From the NCBI RefSeq assembly GCF_963921235.1, contig NC_086097.1, positions 101,558,001 through 101,622,000 of the forward strand: a stretch of DNA of 64,000 bases. Reading direction: 5' to 3'. The position numbers were made by a program, and so were the translations under genes. Shown here piece after piece: positions 38,549 through 50,609 of the stretch; position 1 is the first letter of the stretch, and every line of letters starts with the position of its first letter. This stretch comes from Mobula hypostoma (Eukaryota). Under the pieces are notes generated by a model, which did not search any database, had not been told where the DNA came from, and worked only from the letters and a program-made list of their open reading frames with translations.

Positions 38549-39078
38549 CTAGTTTAAAGTCACCTCAGTAGCCCTCGCTAATCTCCCTGCCAGGATATTG
38601 GTCCCCCTAGGATTCAAGTGTAACCCGTCCTTTTTGTACAGGTCACGCCTGCGCCAAAAGAGGTCCCAATGATCCAAAAACTTGAATCCCTGCCCCCTGC
38701 TCCAATCCCTCAGCCACGCATTTATCCTCCACCTCATCGCATTCCTACTCTCGCTGTCACGTGGCACAGGCAGTAATCCCGAGATTACTACCTTTGCGGT
38801 CCTTTTTCTCAACTCCCTTCCTAGCTCCCTATATTCTCCTTTCAGGACCTCATCCCTTTTCCTACCTATGTCATTGGTACCTATATGTACCACGACCTCT
38901 GGCTCCTCACCCTCCCACTTCAGGATATCTTGGACACGATCAGAAATATCCCGGACCCTGGCACCAGGGAGGCAAACTACCATCCGGGTCTCTGGACTGC
39001 GTCCACAGAATCGCCTATCTGACCCCCTTACTATCGAGTCCCCTATCACAACTGCCCTCCTCTTCCTTGCCCTACCCT
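38549..39078 (-). CDS. CR1 ORF1 C-terminal SGNH esterase-like domain, 5'-truncated
   Basis: VIGDSIVRG, CLPGA, HIGTND and DGLHLN. Ends EVTLN-TAG. Confidence 0.9.
38552..38558 (-). promoter_or_regulatory. Candidate -1 ribosomal frameshift slippery site U_UUA_AAC
   Basis: ACT TTA AAC TAG at the ORF1 end, correctly phased; the -1 frame is the ORF2 frame. Confidence 0.5.
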
Positions 39079-40010
39079 GTGGACTGATGAAGTTAAAATA
39101 GAACTTTTTGGCCACAATGAGCAAAGGTATGTTTGGAGAAAAAAGGGTGCAGAATTTCATGAAAAGAACACCTCTCAAACTGTTAAGCAAGGGGGTGGAT
39201 CGATCATGCTTTGGGCTTGTGCCGCAGCCAGTGGCACGGGGAACATTTCACTGGTAGAGGGAAAAATGAATTCAATACAATACCAGCCAATTCTGGAAGC
39301 AAACATCACACCATCTGTAAAAAAGCTGAAGATGAAAAGAGGATGGCTTCTACAACAGGATAATGATCCTAAACACACCTCAAAATCCACAACGGACTAC
39401 CTCAAGAGACGCAAGCTGAAGGTTTTGCCATGGCCCTCACAGTCCCCCAACCTAACCATCATCGAAAATCTGTGGATAGACCTCAAAAGAGCAGTGCGTG
39501 CAAGACGGCCCAAGAATCTCACAGAACTAGAAACCTTTTGCAAATAAGAATGGGCGGAAATCCCCCAGGCAAGAATTGAAAGACTCTTAGCTGGCTACAA
39601 AAAGCGTTTACAACCTGTGATACTTGCCAAAGGGGGTGTTACTAAGTACTGACCATGCAGGGTGCCCAAACTTTTGCTTTGGGCCCTTTTCCTTTATTTT
39701 ATTTTGAAACTGTAAAAGATGGAAATAAAAAAGCAATCTTGCTTAACATATTAAAGAACTGTGTCATCTTTACGCCTTTTGGAAATCGGGTCATCTTTTA
39801 CTCGCTTAGCTATTCACGGTAACAGAAATTTTGACCAGGGGTGCCCAAACTTTTGCATGCCCCTGTACTTATTAAATTCATCTTCCATTTCTTTGTCCCC
39901 CATTACTACCTCACCAGCATCATTTTCCAGTGGTCCAATATCAACTCTCGCCTCCCTTTTACTTTTTATAACTGAAAAACTTTTTGTATCCTGCTTTATG
40001 TTATTGGCTA

Positions 40011-40917
40011 TGTGACGAAAGAGGGTTACAAAAGTACACATAGACTAAGATGTTAACTGTCCTGTGCTAGCACCAGTGGGATCAACAGTTGATCTGCCAC
40101 CTGTCTTCAGGAGAGAGAGATAAGTAAGACAATGGAGCAGCATTTGGAAATGTTAATGAACAGACAAGAGAGTTTAACGGAAGGAGACACCGGTCTGAAT
40201 ATTGTCAAGACCGGCTCCTTTTGAACCCTGAACTGTTTGAAGTGTGATGGACAGGCGATACCCCAGCAGGGAGATAAAAACGGGCAGGTTCGCTAAGACA
40301 ACACACACACGACACCACGAGGTAACGAGACCCTGGAAGCGGTGCGCCCCCACAAGTCGGTGGAAGTTTTGGAGATCTGGTTGCGGGACCAGCCATAGAC
40401 GCACAGGGTGGAAAGATACGGTCGGCGGGAACCTGGTGTGTGTCCGCCCTTGCCTGGGTGCCGGGTTCACTGCTGAAGAACGATCGTGTGTGGAACGGAG
40501 GGGTCACAGTCGGTGACCTCAGAAGACATTACAAAGGGCTCGCCCGAAGGCTAACTGCGAGGAATATTGAAGGTCTGTTTGGAATCCGATTTGAATATTC
40601 ATTCGTTCTCTCTCTCCTCTCTCCAACGGCACAACAGTGATTACTGTGAACTGAACTGAACTCAATTGAACTGAATTTTGCGTCACTTGAAACTGGTCAT
40701 TTACCCCTAGATGGCGATAGAGCTTGGTTGATCCTGTTATCCTAGTTCTGTGTACATGTGTGTTTATCATTGCTGAACTGTTGCATTTATTATCCTTTTG
40801 ATTAGAGTACTGTGTTGCTTATTTCTTTAATAAAACTTTCTTAGTTCCAGTAATCCAGACTCCAACTGAGTGGTCCATTTCTGCTAGTTTGGCAACCCAG
40901 TTATGGGGTACGTAATA
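40011..40917 (+). mobile_element. Solo LTR, family A, second copy
   Basis: TGTGACG...CGTAATA termini, 4-bp TSD gcta (40007-40010 and 40918-40921), AATAAA at 40829. Homologous to 4956-6048. Confidence 0.92.
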
Positions 40918-42680
40918 GCTAGTTTCCCCTCATATTTCATCTTTTCCCTTTGTATGCCCTTCTTAGTTGCCTTTTGTTGGATTTTAAAAACTTCACAAAC
41001 ATCCAACTTCCCACTCACTTTTGCCTCATTATATGTCCTTAACTTCCCTTGTCAGCCATGGTTGCCTACTCTGCCATTTGACAACTTCTGTGAGATGTAC
41101 CTATCCTGGGCTTTGTGAACTATTCCCAGAAACTTCAGCCATCTCTGCTCTGTTGTCATCACTGCTAGTATCCCTCTCCAATCACCCGGGTAAGCTCCTC
41201 TCTCATGCCTCTGTAATTCCCTGTATTCCATTAGGCTACTGATACATCTGACTTGTGCTTCTCCCTCTCAAACTGCAGTATGATTTCAATCAAATTATCA
41301 CTGCTTCCTAAGGGTTCCTTTAAGCTCCCTAATAAAATCTGGATTATTACACAACACCCAATCTAAGATAGCATTTTCCCAAGTAGGCCCAAGCACAAGC
41401 TGCTCTAAAAAGCCACCTCATAGGCATTCAAAAATTCCTTCTCTTGCGATCCGACACCAACATTATCTTCCCAATCCCTTGCATAGTGAAGTCCCCCATT
41501 ACAATTGTGACATTACCTTATTACATGCCCTTTCCAGTTCCCTTTGCAATCTCAACCCCACATCTTGTGGAGGCCTATATATGATTCCAATTATGGTTTT
41601 TTTCAGCCTTGCAGTTTCTTAATTCCACCTACAAAGATTCAATATTCTCTGACCCTATGTCAATTCTTTCTAAAGATGTAATTCCATCTCTTTCCAACAG
41701 AGCCACACTATGCCTTCCTGCCTGTCCTTTTGATATAGCATATATGCTTTGATATTAAGCTCCCAACTATGACCTTCTTTCAGCCCTGACTCAGTGACGC
41801 CCACAACTGATCAATCTCTAATTCCGCCACGAGTTCATCCACCTTATTCCAAAGGATGCTCGCAAGGATGTTTCCTCTGGTGGAGAAGTCTAAGACTAGA
41901 GGACACTGCCTCACATTCGAAGGACCATCCATTTAGAACGGAGATGAGGAGGAATTTCTTTAGCCAGAGAGTGGTGAATCTGTGGCATTCGTTGCCACAG
42001 GTGGCTGTGGAGGCCAAGTCATTGGGTGTATTTAAGGCAGAGATTGATAGATTCTTTATTATTCAGGGCACATGAAAGAATACAGGGAGAAGGCAGAAAA
42101 TTGGGGCCGAGAGGGAAAATGGATCAGCCATGAAAAAAAGCTGGACCAAACTCAATGGTCCAAATGGTCTGATTGTGCTCCTGCACCTTGTAGTCTTATG
42201 GAGAGCTTTGAGAGACTGGTTATGGCATGCATCAACCCCAGCGTTCTGGACGACCTTGACCCACAGCAATTTGCTACTGCCGAAACTGGTCTACAGCTGA
42301 CAATATTTCCCTGATATTACATTCATTCTGGAGCATCTGGACGGTAAAGACACCTACATCAGTCTATTGTTTATCGACCACAGCTCCATCCTCAATATAT
42401 AATTCATCACCAAACTCTGGATCCCAGAGATCAATGTCTCCCTCTGTAAATGGATCCTTGACTTCCTGACCAGCAAACTGCAATCAGTAAGGATAGGCAG
42501 TAACACCATCACCATGATTAATTTAAACTCTGGTGTTCCACAAGGTTGTGTCCCCAGCCCCCTACTCTATTCCCTGTACACGCATGACTAGCCAGATTCT
42601 GGTCTAGCTCAGTTTACAGATTATACCACTATAGTGGGCTATATCTCAAATAACTGAGATGGAGTACAGGAAGGAGATAG

Positions 42681-43079
42681 GGCATAGAACATAGAATAGT
42701 ACAGCACAGTACAGGCCCTTCGGCCCACAATGGTGTGCCGACCCTTAAACCCTGCCTCCCATATAAGCCCCCACCTTAGATTCCTCCATATACCCGTCTA
42801 GTAGTCTCTTAAACTTCACTAGTGTATCTGCCTCTACCACCGACTCAGGCAGTGCATTCCACGCACCAACCACTTTCTGAGTAAAAAACCTTCCTCTAAT
42901 ATCCCCCTTGAACTTCCCACCCCTTACTTTAAAGCCACGTCCTCTTGTATTGAGCAGTGGTGCCCTGGGGAAGAGGCGCTGGCTATCCACTCTATCTATT
43001 CCTCTTATTATCTTGTACACCTCTATCATGTCTCCTGTCATCCTCCTTCTCTCCAAAGAGTAAAGCCCTAGCTCCCTTA
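42681..43079 (-). mobile_element. CR1 3' end with TSD
   Basis: LRELGLYSLERRRM...FFTQKVVGAWNALP; 7-bp TSD gagatag (42674-42680 and 43080-43086). Confidence 0.88.
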
Positions 43080-44249
43080 GAGATAGAGAAGGACATGATG
43101 TCATGAAAACAATTTTTGCTCAACTGCCAGCAAAACTAAAGAGCTGGCCTTTAATTGGGGGAGGGGGGGCGGCGGGGGGTGCAGTGCACATGCTCCTGTC
43201 CACATCAACGATATTGAGCTTTAAGTTCTTGGGAGTGAACATCACTCATAAATAGCCTGTCCTGGTCTAACCACATTAATATCATGGCTGAGAAATCTCA
43301 TCAATTCCTCCATAGGATGCTAAAGAATTTGGCATGTCTCCTTTACCTTTACCAATTTTTTATCATTGCAGCATTGAACGTATTCTATCTGGAAGTGTAA
43401 CAGCTTGCTATGGCCACTACTCTGCACATGACTGTAGAATCTGCAGAGCTGTGAACTCAGCCCAGCCCATCACAGAAACTCGCTTCCCTCTATGAACTCT
43501 GTCTATATTTCTCACTGACTCACTAAAGCGACCAACATAATCAAAGCCGTCACTCACCCTTGACATTCTGTTTTCCGTCTTCTTCCGTTGGGCATGTTAC
43601 AAAAGCCTGAAAGAACGTACCTGCAGGCTTAAGGACAGCTTCTATCCCATTTTTATCAGGCTCTTGAAGAGAACTCCTGTAAGATAAGTTTCGATACTTG
43701 CCCTCATCATGATCTTGCATGTTACTGTTTACCTGTACTGCCCTTTCTCGGTGGCTTTTACACTTTATTCTGCATTGTTATTGCTTTACCTTTTTCTACC
43801 TCAAAGCACTGTGTAATGATTTGATCTGTATGTAGTACGCAAGACAAAATTCTCACTGTAGATGTGGCAATAATATTCCAATTCCAACATCAGCACCACA
43901 CACCGGTGAGGGTAGAAAGAGAGGAAAGGTCAGATAAATGCTGCTAAGGAATTGGTGTAGGAGGGAGGGATTCTGGTTCTTGGACCTTGGGACCTCTTCT
44001 GGGGCCAATACACACGAAAGAAGGATTGGTTCCCCTTACGTTGGGGAGGTTTAATATTATGGCAGGGAGATTTGCTGGTTCTACACAGATGATTTAAACT
44101 TATCTGGCAGGGAGGCTGGGACCCAAAGCAGTATGAAAAGATTAAGGCAAATATATAAATTAAAACAAAGCCAGAAGGCAGGTGCAGGGCAGGGAGTAAT
44201 GAATGTCTGCTAAGGTATACCGCATGTATTTTAACAAGGCAAGTCAGAA

Positions 44250-46050
44250 CATGGAATAGTACAGAACAAGAAGAGGCCTTTCAGTTCACAATGTTGTACC
44301 AAACTAGCTAAAAAGCAAATCTAAAACACTCAAACACTAATCTCTCCTACCTACACAATGTCCATATCCCTCCATCTTCCTCACATCCATGTGCCTATCT
44401 CTTAAAAGCCTCTGATATATTTACCTCTACCACCATACCAGGCAGCGCATTTCTGGCATCCACCACTCTCTGAGTAAAAAACTTGCCCCTCACATCCCTT
44501 TTCAACTACCCCCTCTCACCTTCAATGCATGCCTACCCTAGGAAACAGATACTCCCTGTCTACTCTGTCTATGCCTCTCATAAGCTTATAAACCTCTATC
44601 ACATCTCCCCTCAGCTTCTGCCACTCCAGAGAAAATAACCCAAGTTTATCAAGTCTCTTATGAAAGCCCATGCCCTCCAAACCAAGCAGCATCCTGGTAA
44701 CCTCTTCTGTACCCTCTCCAAAGCCTCAACATCCTTCCTATAGTGAGGCAACCAGAACTGTATGCAATACTCCAGATGTGGTATAAAGTTGCAAGATAAC
44801 CTTTTCACTTTTGAACTCAGTGCCTCGACTAATAAAAGCAAGGATTCCATAAGCCTTCTTAACCACCTCATCGACCTGTGTAGCCACTTTCAAGGAGCAA
44901 TGAACACGGATCCCAAGATCTCTCTGCTCAGTAACACTGTTAAGGATCCTTGCGCTTGCCCGACTGAGATGCAACACCTCACATTTATCTGGGTTAAACT
45001 CCATCTGCCATTGCTCTGCCCATATCTGCAACTGATCTATATCAAGCTGTATTCTTTGCCAATCTTCTACACTATCCACAATCTTGGTATCATCCACAAA
45101 CTTACTAACCCACCCACATACATTTTCATCCAGGTCATTTATACACATCACAAACAACAGAGGTCCCAGCACAGATCCCTGCAGAACTCCACTAATTACA
45201 GACCTCCAGCTCAAATAAGTCCCTTCAACCACTACCCTCCGCCTTCTATGTGGAAGCTAGTTCTGAATCCAAAAAATCAATTCACCTCAGACCCTGTGCT
45301 TCTTAATCTTCTGTATTAGCCTTTGTCAAACGCTTTACTAAAATCCTTGTAGATAACATCCACTGCCCTACCTTCATCAATATCTCCATCATCTTGTCAA
45401 AAAACTCAGTCTTGGTAAGACATGACCTGCCCTGCCAAAGCCATGCTGGTTCTCCCTAATTAAGCCATGGGTTTCCAAGTGTTCATATATCTTGCTCCTA
45501 AGAATTTTTTTTCCAGCAATTTTCCTACAACTGATGTGAGACTCACTGGTCTATAGTTCCCAGGGTTTTCTATTGTTCCCTTCTTAAATAGAGGTACAAC
45601 ATTAGCCAACCACCAGTCCTCTGGAACTTCACCTGTGCCGAGCGAGGACATGAAGATACTGGTCAAGGCTCCAGCAATTTTATCTGTTGCCTCCTTCAGT
45701 AACCTGGGGTAAATCCCATCAGGTCCTGGAGACTTGTCCACCTTAATACTTATTAGGAGGCCCAACAGTTCCTCCTCCTAAATGCCCTAACATATTTATA
45801 CACTCAGCACTGATCTCCAGGTCTCCATGAACTTTTCCTTAATAAATACTGAAGCAAAATACTCATTAAGTACCTCACTCACATTCTCCGCATCCCTTTA
45901 TCCTTGAGTGGTCCCACCCTCTCCCTAGTTATCCTCTTACTCTTGATGTATATATAGAATGGCTTGGAATTCACCTTAATCTACCTCCCAAGGATTTTTC
46001 ATAGCCCCTCGTGCTTTTCTAATTCCCTTCTTTAGTTCTTTTCTGGCTAG
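44250..46050 (-). mobile_element. CR1 ORF2-3' end, degenerate
   Basis: DKSPGPDGIYPRLL, GNYRPVSLTS, QGSVLGPLLF and SKFVDDTK. Confidence 0.88.
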
Positions 46051-46286
46051 GGAGCTCAGAAAAGAGATATCTTGAACTTAAATGATTCCTTAGTTAAGAG
46101 ACCATTTCAGTTATGAGGAGAGATGGGAAAGGCTGGGTTTGTTTCCTTAATGAGACAGAGAGAGGACTTGAAGGAACCAGTCATCAAATTATTGGACATG
46201 GAGACAGGCCCATCTTCCCAACTAGTCCCTCCTGACCAAAATGCCTTCCTGAGCTATCCCGTTTGTTCGACCCATTTCCTCTTAAA

Positions 46287-46371
46287 CAGGGGTTCTGTTC
46301 CCAAATATTTATATGCCATAGACCCTTAGCATTAACACAAGGGGTCCGAGGACCCATGTTGGGAACCCCTG
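46287..46371. mobile_element. Short hAT MITE
   Basis: caggggtt...gggaacccctg TIRs. Same family as 63062-63144. Confidence 0.7.
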
Positions 46372-46654
46372 CTCTAAACCTTTCTTAACCATGTCTGTAA
46401 AATGTGCAATTGTACCTGCCTCTAGTATCTATCTCACACACCCACCACACTCTGTGAAAAACTTACTTAAGCTAAAATTCCTTTAACTATCTTGAAATTT
46501 ATTAAGGTCACTACCTCCAAAATGTTGATACTCACACCACTTGTCCAGTTACATTTCCCAAGACCAAGTCCAGTGCTGCTGCTTCTCTAGTCAGAATGCC
46601 TCAAGGATCTCCACCCTACTCAGTCTTTCACACTAAAGCAATCCCAGTTGTCTA

Positions 46655-47182
46655 GAAACATAGAAAACCCACAGCACAATACAGGCCCTTCAGCCCACAA
46701 TGCTGTGCCAAACATGGACTTACCTTATAAATTACCTAGGGTTACCCCTAGCCCTCTATTTTTCTGAGCTCCATGTACCTGTCCAGGAGTCTCTTAGAAG
46801 ACCCTATTGTATCTGCCTCCACCACCTTCGCCAGCAGCCCATTCCACGCACTCACCACTCTCTGCGTAAAAAACTTCACTCTGACATCTCCTCTGTACCT
46901 GCTTCCATGCACCTTAAAACTATGCCCTCTAGTGTTAGCCATTTCAGCCCTGGGAAAAAGCCTCTGACTATCCACACAATCAATGCCTCTCATTATCTTG
47001 AACACCTCTATCAGGTCACCTCTCATCCTCCGTCACTCCAAGGAGAAAAGGCCGAGTTCACTCAACCTATTCTCATAAGGCATGCTCCCCAATCCAGGCA
47101 ACATCCTTGTAAATCTCCTCTGCACCCTTTCTATGGTTTCCACGTCCTTCCTGTAGTGAGGCGACCAGAACTGAGCACAGTG
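46655..47182 (-). mobile_element. CR1 3' end
   Basis: MRGDLIEVFKIMRGID...FFTQRVVSAWNGL. Confidence 0.88.
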
Positions 47183-47325
47183 TTCATTTTAGGGAAGTTG
47201 AAATCTTCCACCACTCTAAACCTTTTACACTTACCGTCTGACTGCTCCTCTATCTCCGGATTACTGTGAGGAGGCCTCTCAGCTTAGTGATAACCACCCC
47301 CCCCCCGCTTTTGTTCCTAAGCTCA

Positions 47326-47620
47326 GCTGGCATAGCGGTTAGTGCGATCACTTTACAGCACCAGCGATCACCAATCAGGGTTTGATTCTCAAGTGTGTGT
47401 GAGGAGTTTGTATATTCTCCTTGTGACCGTGCGGGTTTTCTCCCACATTCCAAAGATGTACTGGCTACTTGTGAGTTGTGGGCTTGCCGTGTTGGTGCCA
47501 TAAGCACAGGCAACACTTGTGGACTGCCCCAGTACAATCCTCCAGCTGTGCTGGTTGATCCAAACAACCCATGTCACTGTTTAATGTTTTGACGTATCTG
47601 TCAGATAAAGCTAATGTCTT
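47326..47620 (+). mobile_element. V-SINE (HE1-like) tRNA-derived SINE
   Basis: A box tggcatagcgg, B-box-like ggtttgattc and V-domain ggagtttgtatattctcc...cccacattccaaaga. Confidence 0.65.
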
Positions 47621-47689
47621 TTTTTTTCATCTCTGGTGTCTCAAAAACAACTCTTGCTCAAGATCAGTAAAATGTAGTAACTGACTTCA

Positions 47690-48715
47690 TTCAGGAAGGG
47701 GAAGGAGGATGGAACATGCACCAGTCCGCATTAGTGGGTCAGCAGCTTTACATTGGATTACCTGTCCGGGGCCCAGCACAGAGATGCATTCACAAGGCAG
47801 CTGCATCACAGACTCTCGATTAAAGATGTTTAGCCTATCACTGAACACTCTTAACAAACTTCTACAGCTGTTCAAAGTATCCTGACTAGTTGCATTACGG
47901 TCCTCAACAACATCTCAAATGTGCAGCAACATAAAAATCTGCAGAGAATAGAAACATAGAAACATAGAAAATAGGTGCAGGAGTAGGCCATTCGGCCCTT
48001 CGAGCCTGCACCGCCATTTATTATGATCATGGCTGATCATCCAACTCAGAACCCTGCTCTAGCCTTCCCTCCATACCCCCTGACCCCCGTAGCCACAAGG
48101 GCCATATCTAACTCCCTCTTAAATATAGCCAATGAACTGGCCTCAACTGTTTCCTGTGGCAGAGAATTCCACAGATTCACCACTCTCTGTGCGAAGAAGT
48201 TTTTCCTAATCTCAGTCCTAAAAGGCTTCCCCTCTATCCTCAAACTGTAGCCCCTCGTTCTGGACTTCCCCAACATTGGGAACAATCTTCCTGCATCTAG
48301 CCTGTCCAATCCCTTTAGGATTTTATACGTTTATAGTTGACTCCTCATCACTGGCGGTATCAACAGGAGGCTTTGCCTCAGGAAAGCAATATCTATCATC
48401 AAAGATCTCCACCATACAGGCCATGCCAGCTTCGCATAGCTACCATTAGGCAGCAGGCACATAAGCCTGAAATCCCACACCACTGGGTTCAAGAACAGCT
48501 ACTCCCCTTCAACCATCCAGTTCTAGAACCAACCTGCACAACCCCAATCACTACGTCAGGACTGTAACATTATGACCATTTTGTACTACAATGGAATTGT
48601 TCCTTGTTCCAATGGTGTAATTTACATATAATATTTTTATTTTTAATGTGCCTGTGATGCTACTGCAAGTACATTTTTCATTGCACCCGTGACAATGACA
48701 ATAAACCTGACTTGA
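47690..48715 (+). mobile_element. Rex1/Babar 3' fragment, interrupted by a young CR1
   Basis: Degenerate RT C-terminus and a caataaacctgacttga tail. Confidence 0.6.
47952..48332 (-). mobile_element. Young CR1 3' end, same subfamily as the intact copy
   Basis: Only about a dozen substitutions versus 35424-35793; TSD atag. Confidence 0.93.
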
Positions 48716-48959
48716 TCATTTAAAGGGCATCTTCCCTCAATAGCACGTTACTCCTTACTCAATATTGTAAAAGAGGAGGTGGTATTACATCTCCATCACT
48801 CCCGATGATTCTGAATCACGGAATGTGTTGCCGGTCCTGCTGTTTCTTTCAGGCACGTCTGGCGATAACAACAACATCAGCAAACCAACACTCAATTCAT
48901 CTGCCTTAATGTCTGACTTGTAGTGATATTCGTTGAAGAATTACTGGTTTGGACACAGC

Positions 48960-49550
48960 ACATAAGACACTGCAGATGATGGAATCTGGAGAAACAAACG
49001 TCCTGTTGGAATAACTCGGCGTCAAGTAGCATTGGTGGGGGCAGGCGTGAGGTCAGCATTTCAGCTTGAGACTCCACATCAGCACTGAAAGTGAGGGGGA
49101 AAACAGCCAGTATAAGGGGAGGGGGGGGGGCGACCAAGATAGAGGCTGGTTGGTGATAGGTAGATGAAGGACAGGTGAAAGATGATGGGCAGATGGAGCC
49201 AGCTCCAGTAGAGGGAGGGGTGGAGAATGCTGATAGATGGAAGCAGACAAGGAAAATTAAGAACAGGCAAGAGAAAATCTGCAGATGCTCAAACTCTGAG
49301 CAACACACACAAAATGCCGGAGGAACTAGGAGGCCAGGCAGCATCTATGGAAAAGAGTAAACAGTCGACATTTTGGCCAAGACCCACCAGGACTCATGAA
49401 GGGTCTTGACCCAAAACGTTGACTGTTTACTCATTTCCATAGATGCTGCCTGGCCTGCTGTGTTCCTCCAGCCTTTAGAGTGTGTTGCAATGAAAATTAA
49501 GGGCTGATGGAGCCAGGTGGAGGCAGAGGCTGGGGGGTAATAAGCAGGGA
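48960..49550 (-). mobile_element. Older Penelope-derived element, host of the palindromic insert
   Basis: Degenerate CTGATG..GAAA motif at about 49055-49085 on the minus strand and a purine-rich tract. Confidence 0.5.
49262..49491. mobile_element. Palindromic non-autonomous Penelope-derived element
   Basis: Inverted arms 49300-49385 and 49401-49488; 10-bp TSD gaaaattaag (49252-49261 and 49492-49501). Confidence 0.8.
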
Positions 49551-50609
49551 CATAAAGCATTAGTGGCACAGCACTCACTCTGAACTACACTGGAAATTGT
49601 GTACATGTCTGAGTGTGGATCTGGATCCCGGGATTCAACAATGTCTCAGCCATCAGTAAGATGTCTTAGCCATCAAGGCTGAGAGCACAATTTCACAAGC
49701 AAAATGTTATCGCTTCCTAGACAAACCTAACCTTACTAGGTTCATATACAGAACCAAGTTTACAACATCAATGTATTCAAAGGGGCCTCTCTGCAAAATG
49801 TAGATCAGAATTTACCATTTACTCTCCTCTCCTCCCATTCACACTATCTGAAATAAACCATACCACCAAATATTTTAATCAACTTTTTAAATCCATTTTT
49901 AAAAAGTTATCCCTTTTGTAAGAGTTGTTTGACGAGAACCTGTTCCCAATAGTAGGACAACCAATGATCAGAGGCCAAAACAACAGAGCAGATTTGGGGA
50001 AATTATACACACAGTTGTCGGGTGATCAAAATAGATTCAACACTAACTTTCAAAAGAGATTTGTATAACTATTGAAAGGAGGAATATTTAAAACATGTTA
50101 GGGGAGAAAGCAAACGGATTTCAAAGAACCAACACTTCTGTTGTGCACAATTCTGTATCTATCAATAAGTTTAAGTTTGAATGAACAAGCCCCAGCTGCA
50201 TGTGTTCCTCAGCTGTCAGAATTTAATCTTTATAATGAGCTCCTCGCAAGAGCCAAGTCTTTTGGCCACTGCCTTAGAAGCTTTAAGAGGGACTTTTCTT
50301 GGTTGTACAAACACATCTGGAGACTACCATTACCCGAATATCTGTGCACTCCTACAAAGAAAGTTGAAAACTAATTTGCAATTAAATACTAGAGTGCATC
50401 AATCATTTAAGTTCCCTGTTTAATAAACTCAGTCTTAATGGCCATTTTCTCCAATAACGAGATTGAAAAGTACTGAGTAATAATGGCACAGAGTGTTGAT
50501 TAAAATGGCAATATTTCATTATTGTGTATCTTCCCTCTTTATCATTTTTGGTGGTCCGTTTAGCATCCGACCACAACAGGGTCAGGGTCAGTTAGAGATA
50601 AACAATAAG

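Larger units (their letters stand above)
35424..39078 (-). mobile_element. Young CR1 LINE, 5'-truncated within ORF1
   Basis: Intact ORF1 3' half and ORF2, 3' hairpin ggtgcagg...cctgcacc and tttctatgtttc tail. Confidence 0.97.
35372..39865 (+). mobile_element. Tc1-family transposon with left half deleted (35372-35428 and 39077-39865), interrupted by a young CR1
   Basis: KEHLNKPSAFWK | LWTDEVKIELFG, QQDNDPKH and SPNLTIIENLW. Right IR/DR with gtgcccaaacttttgc twice, ending cccctg-TA. Confidence 0.9.
33884..41851 (-). mobile_element. CR1 (-) host pieces 33884-34814, 39866-40010 and 40918-41851
   Basis: 3' tail at 33884, GFVAKSADDTK at about 34800, and EN and linker region on the right side. Confidence 0.7.
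33801..42190 (+). mobile_element. CR1 3' fragment split into 33801-33882 and 41864-42190
   Basis: gtggatgtagagaaga|aggatgtttcctctgg collinear join. Confidence 0.72.
33385..43888 (+). mobile_element. Rex1/Babar LINE in three pieces (33385-33800, 42195-42680, 43080-43888)
   Basis: LNDYCSVALTSTI|MESFERLVMACI joins across an 8.4-kb insertion; ccaattccaa tail. Confidence 0.8.
31975..44240 (+). mobile_element. CR1 ORF1 (SGNH esterase) fragment split into 31975-32225 and 43890-44240
   Basis: GDPIVRETDSRFCG...ISGL on the left, then NWCRREGF..LD.WDLFWG on the right. Collinear with the ORF1 at 38549-39078. Confidence 0.7.

Noticed and set aside
39079..39190. N-terminal 37 aa of the 213-aa ORF as the true ORF1 start or a fusion gene
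   Set aside because: It is antisense Tc1 sequence that happens to be open across the CR1 truncation junction.
48840..48900. Strong-looking splice acceptor tttctttcag in unique intergenic sequence
   Set aside because: No convincing donor, ORF or homology could be linked to it.
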